Assembly: GCA_027604505.1 (NCBI GenBank)
Contig: JADIIX010000005.1
Location: 1-64,000 of the forward strand
Source: Gonapodya sp. JEL0774
Lineage: Eukaryota
Length of the DNA: 64,000 bases
Reading direction: 5' to 3'
Shown here piece by piece: positions 24,840-38,120 of this stretch. The notes beneath the pieces are model-generated. The model worked only from the letters and a program-made list of their open reading frames with translations. It made no database searches and was not told where the DNA came from. How positions within the stretch are numbered: the stretch's first letter is position 1; the number at the start of each line of letters is the position of its first letter. The translations under genes were made by a program, and so were the position numbers.

Positions 24840-25752
24840 TGCGGAGCTTTCTGCTTTACAATCGCACCTTAGATGGCCGGGTCTTCTTTGGATTCGGATC
24901 GCTGTTCACCAATGCCGGCCAGTTCGAAAGGCAGTTCTAGAGTCCCCGTTTTCCTTTCAGTCCCGAGCTTGAGCAAATCGTCTAACCGCCTCTGTCCGGT
25001 TTGAATCTGATTCCCCGCACACTACGACGGCTCGCCCTCCCAGTGGATGTGCTCCGATGCCCACCCCGGTCGGAGTTTGTGCCTCGTCTTCGATTCTGCA
25101 AACTACGCCGTCCTTTTTCAACTTCGCCTTCGTTGCTGGCACTCTGACGCTCCGGGCGTCGCGTGGCGGCGGGGCTCTTGATGTGGCGAGAGGTCGAAGG
25201 TGTGTTCCCAAAGCCACACAACCCTCAAATTGGCAGGGCACAACAACCGGCAAGCAGCCGGCGCTTTACGCACACAAAAAAAAAAAAAACGAAACACAAA
25301 ACTCCCACCGCAGGCCTTGTTTAGATAGATGAGATATTAGTTAAACGACTGGTTGAATCTGTTCCCGGCTTTCTAGAGCCTCGTTAAAGAAGTAGAGTTC
25401 AGTCGAGGTTTATTACATAATTCCTCAACAGTCGCGCAGAGTCTCTTGATGATTCAAGTCAATTTGATGCAGAGCTGAATTCTGGAATGGCTGGCGCACA
25501 GAATAGTCATTAGTGTATACTACCTTGGGACATGGGATCATCGGGGAGTCTTGCACAAAGGATTTTACATTCCATTTATGATTGAGCATGCGTCACATGA
25601 GAACCCCGAAGACGCTGCAATACACTGCATGTCAAGTTGTCAAGTCTCAAAAGTCCTACAATGAAGACAGAAGCGATCCCCTTGGATTTCTTGCTTCTTC
25701 ATGCCTTCAGAACCCAACACCGTCACAATAACCGTTGATTCGGACAACATAC

Positions 25753-27896
25753 TTAGCCTCCCAAGGCCTTGATAAGCGGTCCGATGATGGGGATTGACGA
25801 CAGACCACCGGAAGAGGATTGACCACCGCGCTGGTTTGGTTGTGAATTTCAGACATGGTGAGCTTGCATACCTAAAACAACGTTCTACAAACGAGATCCG
25901 CAAGCTCCCCAGGACCCCCAGGGACCACTCCAGACACTCACACTGACACCGAGATCAAGGAGCTTGCTGAACGACTTTGCAAAGTCGTCGAAGAAGAGCT
26001 TCTCGTCACGGGCGTAGGCAACCACATACTTCTTGAAGACGGGGTCGGCGAGGAGAGCCTGCGAGAATCGAGAATTCCAACGATGATTTAAACCTCTGGG
26101 ACCGCACGCGTCATCGGAGCTCCCCTTCCCCTGACGCAAAAACATCCATTCGTACATACCAAGTCGGACGGCAACATCATGATTGTGTCTTCGGGATCAC
26201 GGTACTGGAGGTTACCGTTGGGAAGTTTCTTGGGGATCCAGAAGTTCTCGAGGAGCTCGACGTAGTAGAGGTTTGAGAAGGTGATGGGGGAGTGGGTCCA
26301 CGCTGGGTAATGTGATAGAAGTAAACGTGCAGCAGCGACAGCGTGTGGGGTACGGAAAAGAGTGTCGTCCTGAGCCGACAAACAATCAAGTCAAGAAACT
26401 CACGTCCATCGAATCCAGATCGGTCGGGATGGCACCGTCCCAAGGCGTGCGCTCCAGAGAGGGCAACAATGTCACGGTCGTCAAGGCCCATCTTGTAAAA
26501 GATTGCGCGGAGGTGGTCAACGCCGTCGACGCCTGGGCCTGATGGGGAACAGGGTCGGTACGTAATACGAGGTGAAGAACGGGATTTCCGATGTAGAAAG
26601 ATGGGGAGATCAATGTTTGATTAGCTGGATCCACGAGCAAGAAAATCAACAGTGTGATAAGACTGGGAACAAACCCTTGGAGGCATCTGGAAGACGACCG
26701 TTAGGGGGGATCTTGGCGGAGGTGACGCCAGGTGGGGGCGGTGGGAGGTCGCTGCGGCCTGAATGAATTGAAATGGATGTGACAAAGCCTATGAGATAAC
26801 AACATATCGCACATCGACAGCCGCTCCAGGCATTTCGTTGCCTCTGGTGGAGGGATCTCAACCACCGACATAACGAGAACTTGTAAAACTCACCGCCCTT
26901 CCAGTTCACCTTGGGTCCACCCATGGCTTCGATGGCTGTTGCTCCAGCCAACGTCCACAAATCTGCGTACGAGATCCAGGGGTGGGCAGCCTTGACTTTT
27001 TCAAGCTTCTCGCGTGCGTGGGCAAGGCCAGCGTTGGCGCCGTCAGTGGATTCAGGGGCGAAGCGCATGGTGGCGCCATCGGAGCCACCGTTCCTAGCCT
27101 TCTTGTCGTAGGTCTGGTTGACGTGTGAGTGAGTTGGTGGTGAGGGATGGGCGGCATCCGGAAGAGGTTAAGAAGGTATGAAGTCACTGATGTTCGCTAA
27201 TGACGATGCCAAAGACAGAGCCAAGACGCACCCCCGAAGCGTGCCAGGCAAGACGGACGAGGACGGGTCCCCAAGAGCCATCGTCCCAGTCGTTGTCTTC
27301 GAGGACGTCGATAATGTCCTAAAGCGGGGAAGTGCAGAGGATGGAAAATGAATGAGGGTCAGAACAATCAGTGAGACGAATTGAATTTTAATTTTGACGA
27401 GTTTTCGGTGGATTGTTGAGCGATCGAAAGTTTGGGAACGCGGATTGAGGGTCACGCGCGAGTGTTTCACGACGATGAAACAGGAGGCATGAGACCCAAA
27501 ACGGACAAGCGCACCGATCAAATCGCTTTCATTCGTTAAAATCGAGTTCCTGATTCGCAAAAACGGCTTCGCCGTGTCTCAATTGACGCTGAATTGTGGT
27601 CCCATTCCTGGAGTGTCCCCCACGTGCACAACAAACAACATCTCACACCAACCCACCTTCTTCACGGCTTCGTAGTCCCCAGCCTTGGATTCTGAGAACA
27701 CCGTGGCAATGCCGAAGGCGGTGGCCGCGCCAAATGCCAGTCCGACTGCGGGTCTGAATGAGGTCTTCGGCCCAGCAGAGCCGGACGAGCCGTGCGCGAA
27801 TGTGCGGGCAGCTGAGAGTGCGGCCGGGCGAGCGCCACGTGCGGCAGTTGCCAGTGAAGTTGCGCGGATTGCGGTGCGGATTGCGGGGCGAGACAT
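25753..27896 (-). CDS. CCP1: Cytochrome c peroxidase (class I heme peroxidase), mitochondrial presequence
   Basis: Motifs [70 protein letters not shown]. Arg/Ala-rich targeting peptide. Confidence 0.92.
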
Positions 27897-28860
27897 TGAA
27901 TCTGTGAGTGGAACGTGGAAGACTGGAGAGGGTTCGAGTGCTCGCCGACGGAAGGTGGCGCAGAATACAAATGAGTGCCTGTCCCAAACATCATATCTGC
28001 CATTTTTATCAGCTACTCGGCTCTGTCATCATTAATTCGACTAAGGGTTCATTATTACATCATATGGGTTTGCGTATCAAAGGTGAATGGGTGCACTCTG
28101 AACTGTGCTGACAGTGCTTCAAACGACCCGGAATATTGGATCGCCCGACAAACAACTGAGCTTCGCAAACAACGTAGTGAGAGAACGATAGGATCTAAAG
28201 TGTAGCCACTTGCTCCCGCTATGCGAACAAATGTGTTCCGTTGCAGAGGATGACCTCGAGTCACATCTGGCTCGACCCACAGGACAAGCACGCAATCCTG
28301 CCGAACTACGATCGGAAACCAGTGACACAGTAGTTGAAGTGTCCATCATTTTAATGATGGTGCTAATTATGACATGAAATTATTCTGTGACGGATATTCG
28401 GAGGGTTTTCAAAGTATTCGGCCGAAGTACACGTATCATTGCAAGCATTCAAAACAAAATGCAAAGCAACTTCAACTGTCATGCCACCACGAGGAAAGGC
28501 CAAACCGAAATCCATCAAGGCGGCCATACGCTCTAAGGATGCGAGATCAGCCAGAGCAAACCGGGAGTCTGTGCCAACGCAGGGAGAACATCCCAGTGAC
28601 AACAATATCAGCGCCGGACGGGATAATACAACATGCCAAGGTGGGTGATTGCGCGGATCTTGTTGAACCTTCAAGCCTTTTCATTCCAGTCGCGATGGCT
28701 TCACTAATTCATCCAGACCCTCCCAACAAACCCACAAACGAACCGAGCGACGTACAAGTTAGTGGCTGAACCAGCCTGAGCCAGATATACAGTATATCTG
28801 GCTCAGGCTGGTTCAGCCAGACACTGCGGTGTGAACGAGAAGGGAAATAGAGACAAAAGT

Positions 28861-29070
28861 GAGAACGTGGCGTGACAGCGGGACGACGGTGCAGACATGG
28901 CGCGACAGCAGGATGACGGCGCAAACGGGGCGCAACAGCAGGATGATGGCGCAAACGTGGCGCAACAGCAGGATGATGGCGCAAACGTGGCGCAACAGCG
29001 GGACGACGGCGCAAATCTGTTGCCACAGCGGGATGACGGCGCAAATCTGTGGCCACAGCGCAAATGGGCC
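28861..29070 (+). repeat. 30-bp tandem repeat, about 7 units
   Basis: Consensus GCAAACGTGGCGCAACAGCAGGATGACGGC repeats in register. It would encode ANVAQQQDDG. Confidence 0.9.
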
Positions 29071-29149
29071 ACCACAGCAGGACAACCATTCAAACAGGTC
29101 GGGACCTGCCAACTGCCACCCACATACCCAAAGCGGCTCCCATTCCCAC

Positions 29150-29515
29150 CACGGTTCCCACGCCCTCAGCCTCTCCCACATCCACCCCGGATGGCACACC
29201 CAGCGGCTCTCGCACGCCCAAGGCCACTCCCAAGCCCACCACGATTCGCATGTCCGCAGCTTCTCTCACGCCCACTTCAGGTGGCACGCCCGCAGCGGTT
29301 CGCACGCGCATCAGCTCCTGCACGCCCATCGCGGTTTGCACGCCCAGCAGACCTCACACTCCCACTGCGGTTCGCACGCCCACTTTCTCTGGCATGCCCG
29401 CAGTGGTTCACACGTCCACCGCCCCTGGCAGGCCCACCTACTCTCACAACCCCACTGAGGCTCACACGCCCATGGACGTTCGCACACCCACTGTGGTTCA
29501 CACGCCTACCAGCAA
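29150..29515 (+). repeat. Degenerate 18-bp tandem repeat (GCGGTTCGCACGCCCACT-like, AVRTPT)
   Basis: Recurring CGCACGCCC/CACACGCC cores at 18-nt periodicity. ORF 29049-29615 reads TPTAVRTP repeats. Confidence 0.7.
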
Positions 29516-30437
29516 CTGTATAAGTGACTGTGGTGCGTTTGGTGGTGTCAGCACACTGGCTGGAGCAGTGTTTGATGAAGCATCTGGACCACCCTCCAGA
29601 ATGGTTTCTTCGTAGCCAGAATGGCTGAATTCGTTTCATGCGCCGTGCTACCTCGTTGCGCTGGGGAGGTTTCACTATATACCTATATACTACCATCCAG
29701 AATCAACAGACCAGCCCTGGAAAATTCTGGAGGGTGGAGGATGTGGAGGGCAACAACCATTCATTAAGGAAGGGCATGTGTAAGAAGGATCTCCCACTGG
29801 CTGGAGTGTTGAGGCATGTAAAGAGTGCACTCCTGCACGTGGATCAGCAGAACGATGCCCGACCCGCATCCATTGATTTGGAACTTGTACATCATGGTTC
29901 CATCAAGCTTTGTAGAAGAAGAAAAGTGAGGCGTACACTTAATATACAGATAACTCTTTTTGACCACCCTTGCCGCTCAAACCTGCATCACGAGTTGTTT
30001 CACAGCTCCAATTCGGACCGCCAATACGGATTTTACATATACTTCACGAAATTTCAAACGAACGTGTTCTGATTACGCGAGACCTACCCTGTTACCCTTG
30101 TTTGCGGAAACGTGGGTGGGCCTGAGTCCAAACCTGCTGTCAGTTGTCATCTGAAAAATTGTCACCCCAAACCCCGGATCACCGGGCGGGAACTTCGAAA
30201 ATTCCCCAGAACGGAACCGCGGAGACGAACGGCAAAGGAATTCATCGATACACAGCGTGGTGGGTGGCGGCGACGGGGGGATTTTATGTACGCCTCGGGG
30301 GGCTTCTGTTACAGTCGTCCCTGTTCAACCAACACCACCCATCAAATTCGAACGGAAAACCGTACGGACTTTCGAACCTCTCGAAACGATTGCGTCATTG
30401 AAATGGTGATGCGATGGTCCTCGAACAGGTAGAGGAC

Positions 30438-32637
30438 ATGCGCCATCCACTCAGTGCTCCGCACGCGACTCGGGCTCTTGCTTTCGCCTGTGCCACACTC
30501 GAACCGACCTCTCCCGCGCCCGTTCAGGCCACTCCTCGGTGTAGAAAATCATCGCATGCGGCTGGAGCTGGGGCCGGGATGCCGTCGGTGAGGTCGCTCA
30601 TTTCCCAACACGACCTAGGCGCCCGAGAGACCCCCGCAGAAGGGAATGCCTCGGAGACAAAGGGCCGATCCGGGTGGTGGAGGAGGACGCTCAGACGTGC
30701 GAGGGTAATGAGGGATAGCGTGACCGCACGGGCGACGGCCACGATGACTGAGGCGGCTGGGGAGGGAGTGCGAAGGGCCACGGCCTCCACCGCAGATGTG
30801 CGAGTCACAGCGACCTCGGAGGCCACCACCTCTTCTGAATCCGCAGAATCACTTGCCATGATGCCACGAACCGAGCGGGATTGTCCCCAGCCCTCTCCCA
30901 CAAACGAGAGGGCTCCTACCGGGTCATCCACCGCACTTGCCATCGACACATCACGCGAGGCACTCCCCCTCGCAGCCGGCTCGGGCTACCACGCGTGTCG
31001 CCACCCAGTCGTTTTGTGCCACGGTGAGTGTGCCTCTATTTCGCTCTCGGACTTGCTGCCCTGGGTCAGAACACCTTGTGACGGAGGAATGTGGTGTGTG
31101 GCATCGTGACGCAGACAGAAGCAAACTGCTAGATATGTTTGGCAGCAGCGAGGACATGGCGACGGCTGCTTGTCTGGACAAGCGAGAACGTTTGGGATAC
31201 GCATATGGAGGTTCTCGCTGTAGTGTGAACCATCAACTGCAATGAAGTATCTTCACTTCGTCTGGACGCTTTCAATCCTTTGAATATTCGAGAATTCAAC
31301 CATCCCGCCCGCCCTCAACACACACTCTTACACACAGGCTTGTTTGGCTTCGACACCCGAGGCCCCGCTTCAATCCCGGCGCTTCAAGTCCACTACTGGA
31401 ACGAAATCATCGTCTCGCTCCGCCGGCTTGGAGTCGCTGTCCATGCAGCTCGCGTGCCCAAGACTGGAGGCGTGAGGAGTAGAGCGCAGGCTTTGGACTC
31501 GTTGTTGCGGGATAGAGTGGGATCGGGGGAGGTGAATTTGTTGGCGCATTCGATGGTGAGTTGGTGGTCAGATGTTGTAACACATCCAACACATCTTCCT
31601 CAGTGTCAGTTTTGGATGTGTGACACCGGGACAAGAATTCCTTCCACTTATCTCCACACTTCCCATCAACTTTCCACAGGGCGGTCTCGACTGTCGTTTC
31701 CTCATCTCCCACCTCCACCGCACTCACACTCTCACCATCTCGAACCCTCGCGGGGCATCAGGCGACACCGAATCCGTTCAAGCGCCGACCCAAGTTGCCG
31801 CACCTGCTGCGCCACGCTACAAGGTCAAGTCGCTTACGACCGTGGCAACACCACACAGGGGCTCGAGTTTCATGGTGGGTTTGTTCTGGCGCGGTTTGCG
31901 AATGGAGATTGGGGGACTGACGAAGTTCTGTTGTCTTTTCCTGCTTTTACTACCAACTCCTCGCACATATACAAACGTTGTGCGCATTGTACGCTCACCA
32001 GGACTGGCTTCATGAAACTGTTGGCCTCGGTCGAGTACACGATGCGGACTACAACGGGTTACTCTCCGACTCGACCCCCTCCCCCGACTCCACCTCTACC
32101 AAATCTTCTGCGTCTCCTTCCTCTCACTTCACTTCGCACGCACTCGCTCGAACACACGTGCAACCGCCTTTACCCTGGCTCGCGGGGTTGGTATCGTCGC
32201 TAGACAGACCTGGGTACACCCATCTTACGTCGGGATTTTGCGAGCGTTTCTTTAATAGCCGGGTCACACCCGATGACCCAGAAGTCGCTTAGTGCGTTTT
32301 CAATGCTTTGATTGATCGTCCACTTGATAGAGTGTTCTCGAACAACCGTGCCTGCACCGTTTCTTTGCCCAGTTTCTCGTATGCATCACATCTCCCATCT
32401 CCTCCCATATCGAATCCCCTCTCCTTCTCCCACCACATCATCTCCCTCCGAGAAGGTGCGAACGATGGCTTAGTCTCCCTCGACAGCGCACGCTGGGGAA
32501 AAGTAGTCCGGGTAGTGGAAGGGGTGGACCATTGGGACTTGAACGGCCGATGGAGGATTACAGGCAAGAGAGATGGCTGGCGTGCAGAAGATTTTTGGAT
32601 GGAGGTGGTTGGCAACTTGTGGAAGGAAGGGTTTTAA
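30438..32637 (+). CDS. TGL2: Triacylglycerol lipase, TGL2-like alpha/beta hydrolase
   Basis: Motifs HPVVLCHG/LFGFD, VNLLAHSM/GGLDCR, SLTTVATPHRGS, NDGLVSLDSARWG, VDHWDL. Confidence 0.85.
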
Positions 32638-33014
32638 ACGAGGCAGTGGAGCTCGGTAACATGGAGTACTGAAAGGGAGAGGTGGTGGGGACAGATTCTG
32701 AGTCCGGGAATTCACGTGTTTGACAGGCTTTACCTCGGGTTTAGCTTCAAAGCAATACGAAACTGAAGGACTATTCTTGGATATGTTTACGTATGGTGAT
32801 AATAGACGTAGCACAGGAACCACTGTATTTATCATATAACTGAACTAACACCGCCCTGACACCTGGCTCTATCGTCTTCTCTCAATATAGTCGGAGATGA
32901 GAACGCTTGGCTGGGTGTGTTCATGGCTCATGCGATGCATAACTCGATTTCGCTCCCTCGTCACGTCTTGGAGAACTCACTTGATATGCACAATAAACCA
33001 TTATATAGCTACGT

Positions 33015-34669
33015 TTATAGGCGTCCTCTCACCTCTACAGGCTCTACACCCCATGCAAAGTCCACAATCTCCTTTCGTTTAGCTTCTACGCGCATTCTTT
33101 CCCCGATCACTTTTTCCTTCAAATCCCCAAACACATGCCAAGCCAGTTCTTTAACAACCATGGCTCCCACCACGTCAGGTCCAAAATTCTCGTCTGAGAC
33201 TGCTTCCGCTGGCAAAGGGGGAGCGAGCACAGGGCGGAACGCTGGACGAGCAAGTGATTGGTCATAGGAAATTATCGGAGCAGAGGCGACAGCAAACATG
33301 TCGGTGGAAGCGCCTATTGGTCAATTTGTTGAATGCAATATCGAACAAGATATGAGTAATCACAAACTCCGCATGCGTACCTCCCAGAGCATTCCTCATA
33401 GCGGCCCATTCCCTTCGTACCGTATCCAGTGAGGTAAATGTAGCAGGTAGTGGGTTGATAAGGAGGACACGAAGATTCAATTGAGCTTCAATGGGAGTGG
33501 CGTCAGCGGGGGTCGGCAGGAAGGGACGCTGGATCGGGAAGAAAGTGAGGAGTCGGACGGCCACTAAAGGACGAGCATGATATTGTTTGAGTGATAAGAG
33601 AGAGCAACGTCTTTGCAGACACCCACCAGAGGCCTCTTCACTCCCCGCAAGCACCACTCGTGTCACATCGCCACCAAATGCTTCTGCGTTCTCCAGCACC
33701 CATTCGAGCGCCATTCGCATGTCTAGGAGCGTCAGGTTGAGTCCTTCGGTGTCCGTGTCGGAGTTAGAAGTTTCGGGGGGTACCCCTCGTCCAAAAACCC
33801 CGGAGCGGACGTGAGCTTCGATAAAAACTACGTCATGGAGAGCAACAAGAGAGGCGGGATTCAATGAGGAGGCGAGTCGTTGAGAGGATTGTTGAGAAGT
33901 AGGGGGGTTCGCGTGGAAGTAGACCTGCAAGGTATCAGATTTCGTGTCTTCTGTACGATGCAGATGCCATAGCTACCGGTACCTTTGGATTGCTACTCAC
34001 AATGATTGGTACGCCATACGACTTGCGGATGTTTCGCGCTCTGGATATTCGTCGGAGCCACGGACACCACACCTTTCACAACATCCCGCAAGTACCAGCT
34101 CCGTCAAATCTTGCAGCTCCTTCACCGGCACACGGTACACCTGACGGACAGCTCACATTCAGGTACAGGACGTCCTCCTCGTCCCCGTTCCATCCGGGTG
34201 CCTCTCGCCCCCGCCGCTGCTTCCCCTCGAGAATACCTTCTGGATCATGCTGGAACCATTGGTCCGGGTCAAGAGGCTGTGGTGGTTTCCACCGTAAGAA
34301 CTTTATGGGTTTCAGTGCGTAACTTGATGGGGAGAAATATTGGATGAGGAGACGTGTGAACTAGTCTTATTCGGAGACCAATCGGAGATGGCAAAGGCAC
34401 TCACGGGACGCCAAGATACGACATGAATCCATTCTGATGGATTGTTCCTCGGATGTATCCGTATTGCGTTGGGACGAGCGACGGATCGCTCGCTGCAGCA
34501 TGTACAACGAATCAGAGTTGCATCCATGTCAACCCCCCTGGGATCAGGAGAACCCACGGCCCTCGAATCGAGACCTGACGATTTCAAGCTTACCTGGAGG
34601 ATGTCGCTCATTTCGTCGCAGACGGATGTGCGGCGCCGATTTCGGGGGTGGATTGGCGCCGGAGGTCAT
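33015..34669 (-). CDS. Type-B carboxylesterase-fold protein, probably catalytically degenerate
   Basis: Motifs VPTQYGYIRG..YLGVP, LRWKPPQP, EDVLYLNV, LNLTLLDMRMALEWVLENAEAFGGDVTRVVLAG. 3' end uncertain. Confidence 0.75.
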
Positions 34670-35164
34670 GAAGTTAGTGTACTGGAAGGGACTTCGCATC
34701 GAACCCACCAGATTCAACCAACATACAATATGTCGAGCACATTATGTATTTCAATTTGCAGGGTATATGCACATTTTATACAATTTTAAATGAAGACGCA
34801 GAAGGGAAAGACAGAATCCTTCCAAACGACCGACGGGGCATCCCGCGTTAGCCAAAACCGAATGATACAAAATCGTCCCCCGAAACGCCCCAACGTCCAG
34901 CCCAGCTACAACAGAAAGACAAAAGACAAAAATAGACTGCTCGGGGAGCCGCAATGGTGATGGGAGCTCGTGTGGGTCGGGGGCGCGCGGTGAGGGTGAC
35001 GACACAGAGAAGACGGGATGCTCCGTCCAAAAATGGTGCTCCAAGAATGTTGTTCGCGAGAGAAGATAGGTGAGTGGAGTGAGAGATGATAGGCTTTGTA
35101 AGCCGAGGAGAGAAGTCCGGGATCGAGTGATGGGAGGATTGAGATGGTGGAAGAGCGCAAGAGC

Positions 35165-36508
35165 CTATGCGCGTCTAGAGGCGGTCTCCCCACGCTGCTT
35201 GTGTCCGTTCATCTGGTTCCGTCTGCGGAAACGGAGTCCGCATGCGTTGCAGAGTCTGCGGAAAACCAGAAAATAAACGAAGAGAGAATTAGAATGAGTT
35301 AATCTGGTTCTCCGTGACCCCACCATACACAATCCCCGACAGCGACGACGTCTCCCGTGTCCTTAACCAAACTCACTTTGTACCACCAGGCCCCGACCGC
35401 CACTCTGGCGAGTTTTGTGTGCCGCACTCGTTGCAAAACTTTTTCGCAGCAGAGTCCTGTGACATTTTGTGCATGTGTCCAGGCTGGAACGTGTTGTGCT
35501 CCATAAAGTATTCAGAGTGTTGCGGGTGTTGTGGAAGTTGCTGGGGGTACCAGGGCTGCGGGGCATTGGTGTGGGTGGGGAAACTAGACGTGTTGGAGAG
35601 AAGAATCGCGAAATATTTTCAGAGAAAGCTAAGTTTTGAAGGAGGTGGTCGGTATAACGTACCCGTATGGTTGCACGTTCATGACGACCGGCTGAGGATG
35701 TGAGAACATGGTAGGTGGAGGAGCTTGGGGCGGTGCGGCAGTGTTGCCTAAAGGAGGTAAGCCGACCATGATTCGAGAAGAGAGCGCAGCCGACCATAAT
35801 TGAGGGAAAATGTTCAATGTCCAGATGTTGAGAACTGAGAAAAAAGGATCCGCAAAAGGCACAAGCAATTCCGCCTCTCTCACCTTGAGCCCAATCCGAG
35901 TGGACTATGATGTACTGCCGATTGTCTGGTTGCCCGTTGACTAAAGGTTCGGTCCCAATGGGTGCGATGGCGCCCAGTGTGCCACTGTTGCTGCTGGTGG
36001 CCACATCCCGGAGCGCCAATTCGTCCAGCATCCACTTCGCCAGCTCGCTCACGGTCTTCTCGCAATCCCGTTCCAGGACGAGCAGAACCGTCTTCAACCT
36101 CCTCTTGAGTTCCGAATTCTGGTTCACCGACACGGCGATCGTGTTGGAGTTGCGATTGAGGGCCGTAATAAACGTGATACGACAGCTCTTGTAGTCTGCG
36201 AGAAGGCGGTGGAGGGTGAGGTGGACGTGTTGGAGGATGGGAGGGTTGGGTTGGGACCCGTGTGCCTTGATTCCGGCGAGGATGAGCGACACACGTTCGA
36301 CTTCCGATTTCCGTTCAGGCCTGGAGTCGAGAGTGATGCCGTCCAAAGTCAGTGCGATTGCCAGGGACGGGTGGGAGACTTCGATGGGGTGGCACTTGAA
36401 CATTTCAAAGAGCTCGCGCACAAAGTGTCGGCGGACCTTGTCGAAGGAGTCGAGCAGCGCTTCGGGGTCGGCGATTGCGCCCGAGAGATAGAGTTGCGAG
36501 TCAGACAT
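35165..36508 (-). CDS. GATA zinc-finger protein with an uncharacterised N-terminal helical domain (paralog A)
   Basis: CNECGTQNSPEWRSGPGGTK spliced to LCNACGLRFRRRNQ. The N-terminus is similar to that of the gene at 60802. Confidence 0.85.
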
Positions 36509-38120
36509 TTCAGGCAAAAAGGAAATCGGTATTTGTCGTTGTCGGTGTTTGGGTCGGTGGGAGCAAGAATCGATGTCAAGTACAGGCGGCGCTGGCGACA
36601 GCGGGAAACGAGCGAGGGCGTGAGTTTTGATATGGAAACGACTCCGTTGCTGACGCCCGGCAGACGTGGTTTGAATCAGCAACCGAAAACGTTGAGAATC
36701 AACCTGCAGCTGTTATATACCTGATATGTGTACCACTATATTTAGGGTGCACCGCTCTGTGGTGAGATCTCGGTTCGAGGCTCTTGGCCTTGCCGCAGAC
36801 GCCGTCGCTTTCCGCCGCACGCCAAGTGTCAACAACACACAACGCCATCGGCGTCAGATTATCGTGCACACTCTGGGAAAGGTACTCAAGACAGTGAATT
36901 GCTCAGACGAGTACAGGGCCTTTTTTTGCGCGGGAGGTGGACGGTCGTGTAATCCGGATAAACTTCGAGAGCCGGTACACAACAAACTTCACTCCACCAT
37001 CTCATGTGCCACTGAAACAGGCGAGCATGGTGCGTTTGCAGTCTTCAGACAAATTAATTTGGGTGCGGTGTCCCAATCCAGGCAGGCGGGAGCGGGGAGC
37101 GGGACAGAGCGGGACTTCCCTTCCATAGAGTCTCTATTTCATTTTCGAAACTTTTATATTAGAGTCTCAGAGTACGTTCATTATGAGCCACCGCAGACAA
37201 ACAAACAACTCGACCTCAAACAATACAGAGGACTGATACAATCTGAGCACCGCACGGTCTGTTCAGGCAATGTATGTACCAAGAGACGAACAACGTGCTC
37301 AGGCAACCAACATGTTGGTGCGGTGGAGACAGGTTGAAAGGTTTTTTTTGTTTCAAGGAAGTTAGGAGCATCTGGCTTGGCAGAAGAGACTTTTTGGCGG
37401 GCACTTTTGGCGGGCACTTTTTGGATCCTCTCCGCCCTCCCAACCTCTGTCCGCCTCAACCAAATTAGGAGCTCCGATGGACCGATCATTCACACTTCCC
37501 ATTAGAGAACGCACGTGATCTCTTTACACTGCTCCATTCGAAATCTCCCATCCATTTCGATTTCCATGCGGGCACGTTCGTGCGGGGGGGTTGTGTACTT
37601 CGTCCATAGAGGAAGTAAAACGCACAAAACTTTTGTTGGTCAGGCCCCACATTAAAGGTGCACAACTCACCACTTATGTTTCGTGTAGCCGTTCCTAGCC
37701 ATTCTGAGCAAGAGAGGCCAGCAAAAGGCAAACCTTGAGGTGCAAAATAAGATCACTTTATGGAACACAAAGCTTGCACGCACCGGTGGCAGCCTACCTT
37801 TTAGCCATTTAGCCGTAGGATCATTTTGGCCGTTTTCGCTACCGTTTCTTGATCAACACTCTCCTCGTAATCGAGCAAATTTATCCCACATTCTCGATGT
37901 CAAAGCGATTCATTGGCTTTCGCTTCTTAGTTCTTTCTCATGTGACCGTGCTCATGGTACTCGAAATCCCCCCTGACTCAAAATTATACGCACATTTATC
38001 GGCTCGTGGGCCCAAGGGAGGAAGCTCTTGGACATGAAGCAACGTCCTCATTTCCAGATCCCACCGAAGTGCACAGTATTATTTGTGTGGGCTGTCCGTG
38101 GGGGCACTACAGCTCCCACA

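Larger units (their letters stand above)
28480..29960 (+). pseudogene. Decayed, repeat-rich coding island, probably transposon-associated
   Basis: Broken ORFs starting at MPPRGKAKPK, with in-frame stops of the CGA>TGA type and a CpG-poor 3' part. Confidence 0.4.

Noticed and set aside
28861..29070. CRISPR-like array
   Set aside because: The 30-bp units are contiguous with no unique spacers, there are no cas genes, and the context is eukaryotic. It is a minisatellite.
36726..37731. ORFs in the GATA/Maf intergenic region
   Set aside because: No coherent splice model or domain motif. Treated as promoter or intergenic DNA.
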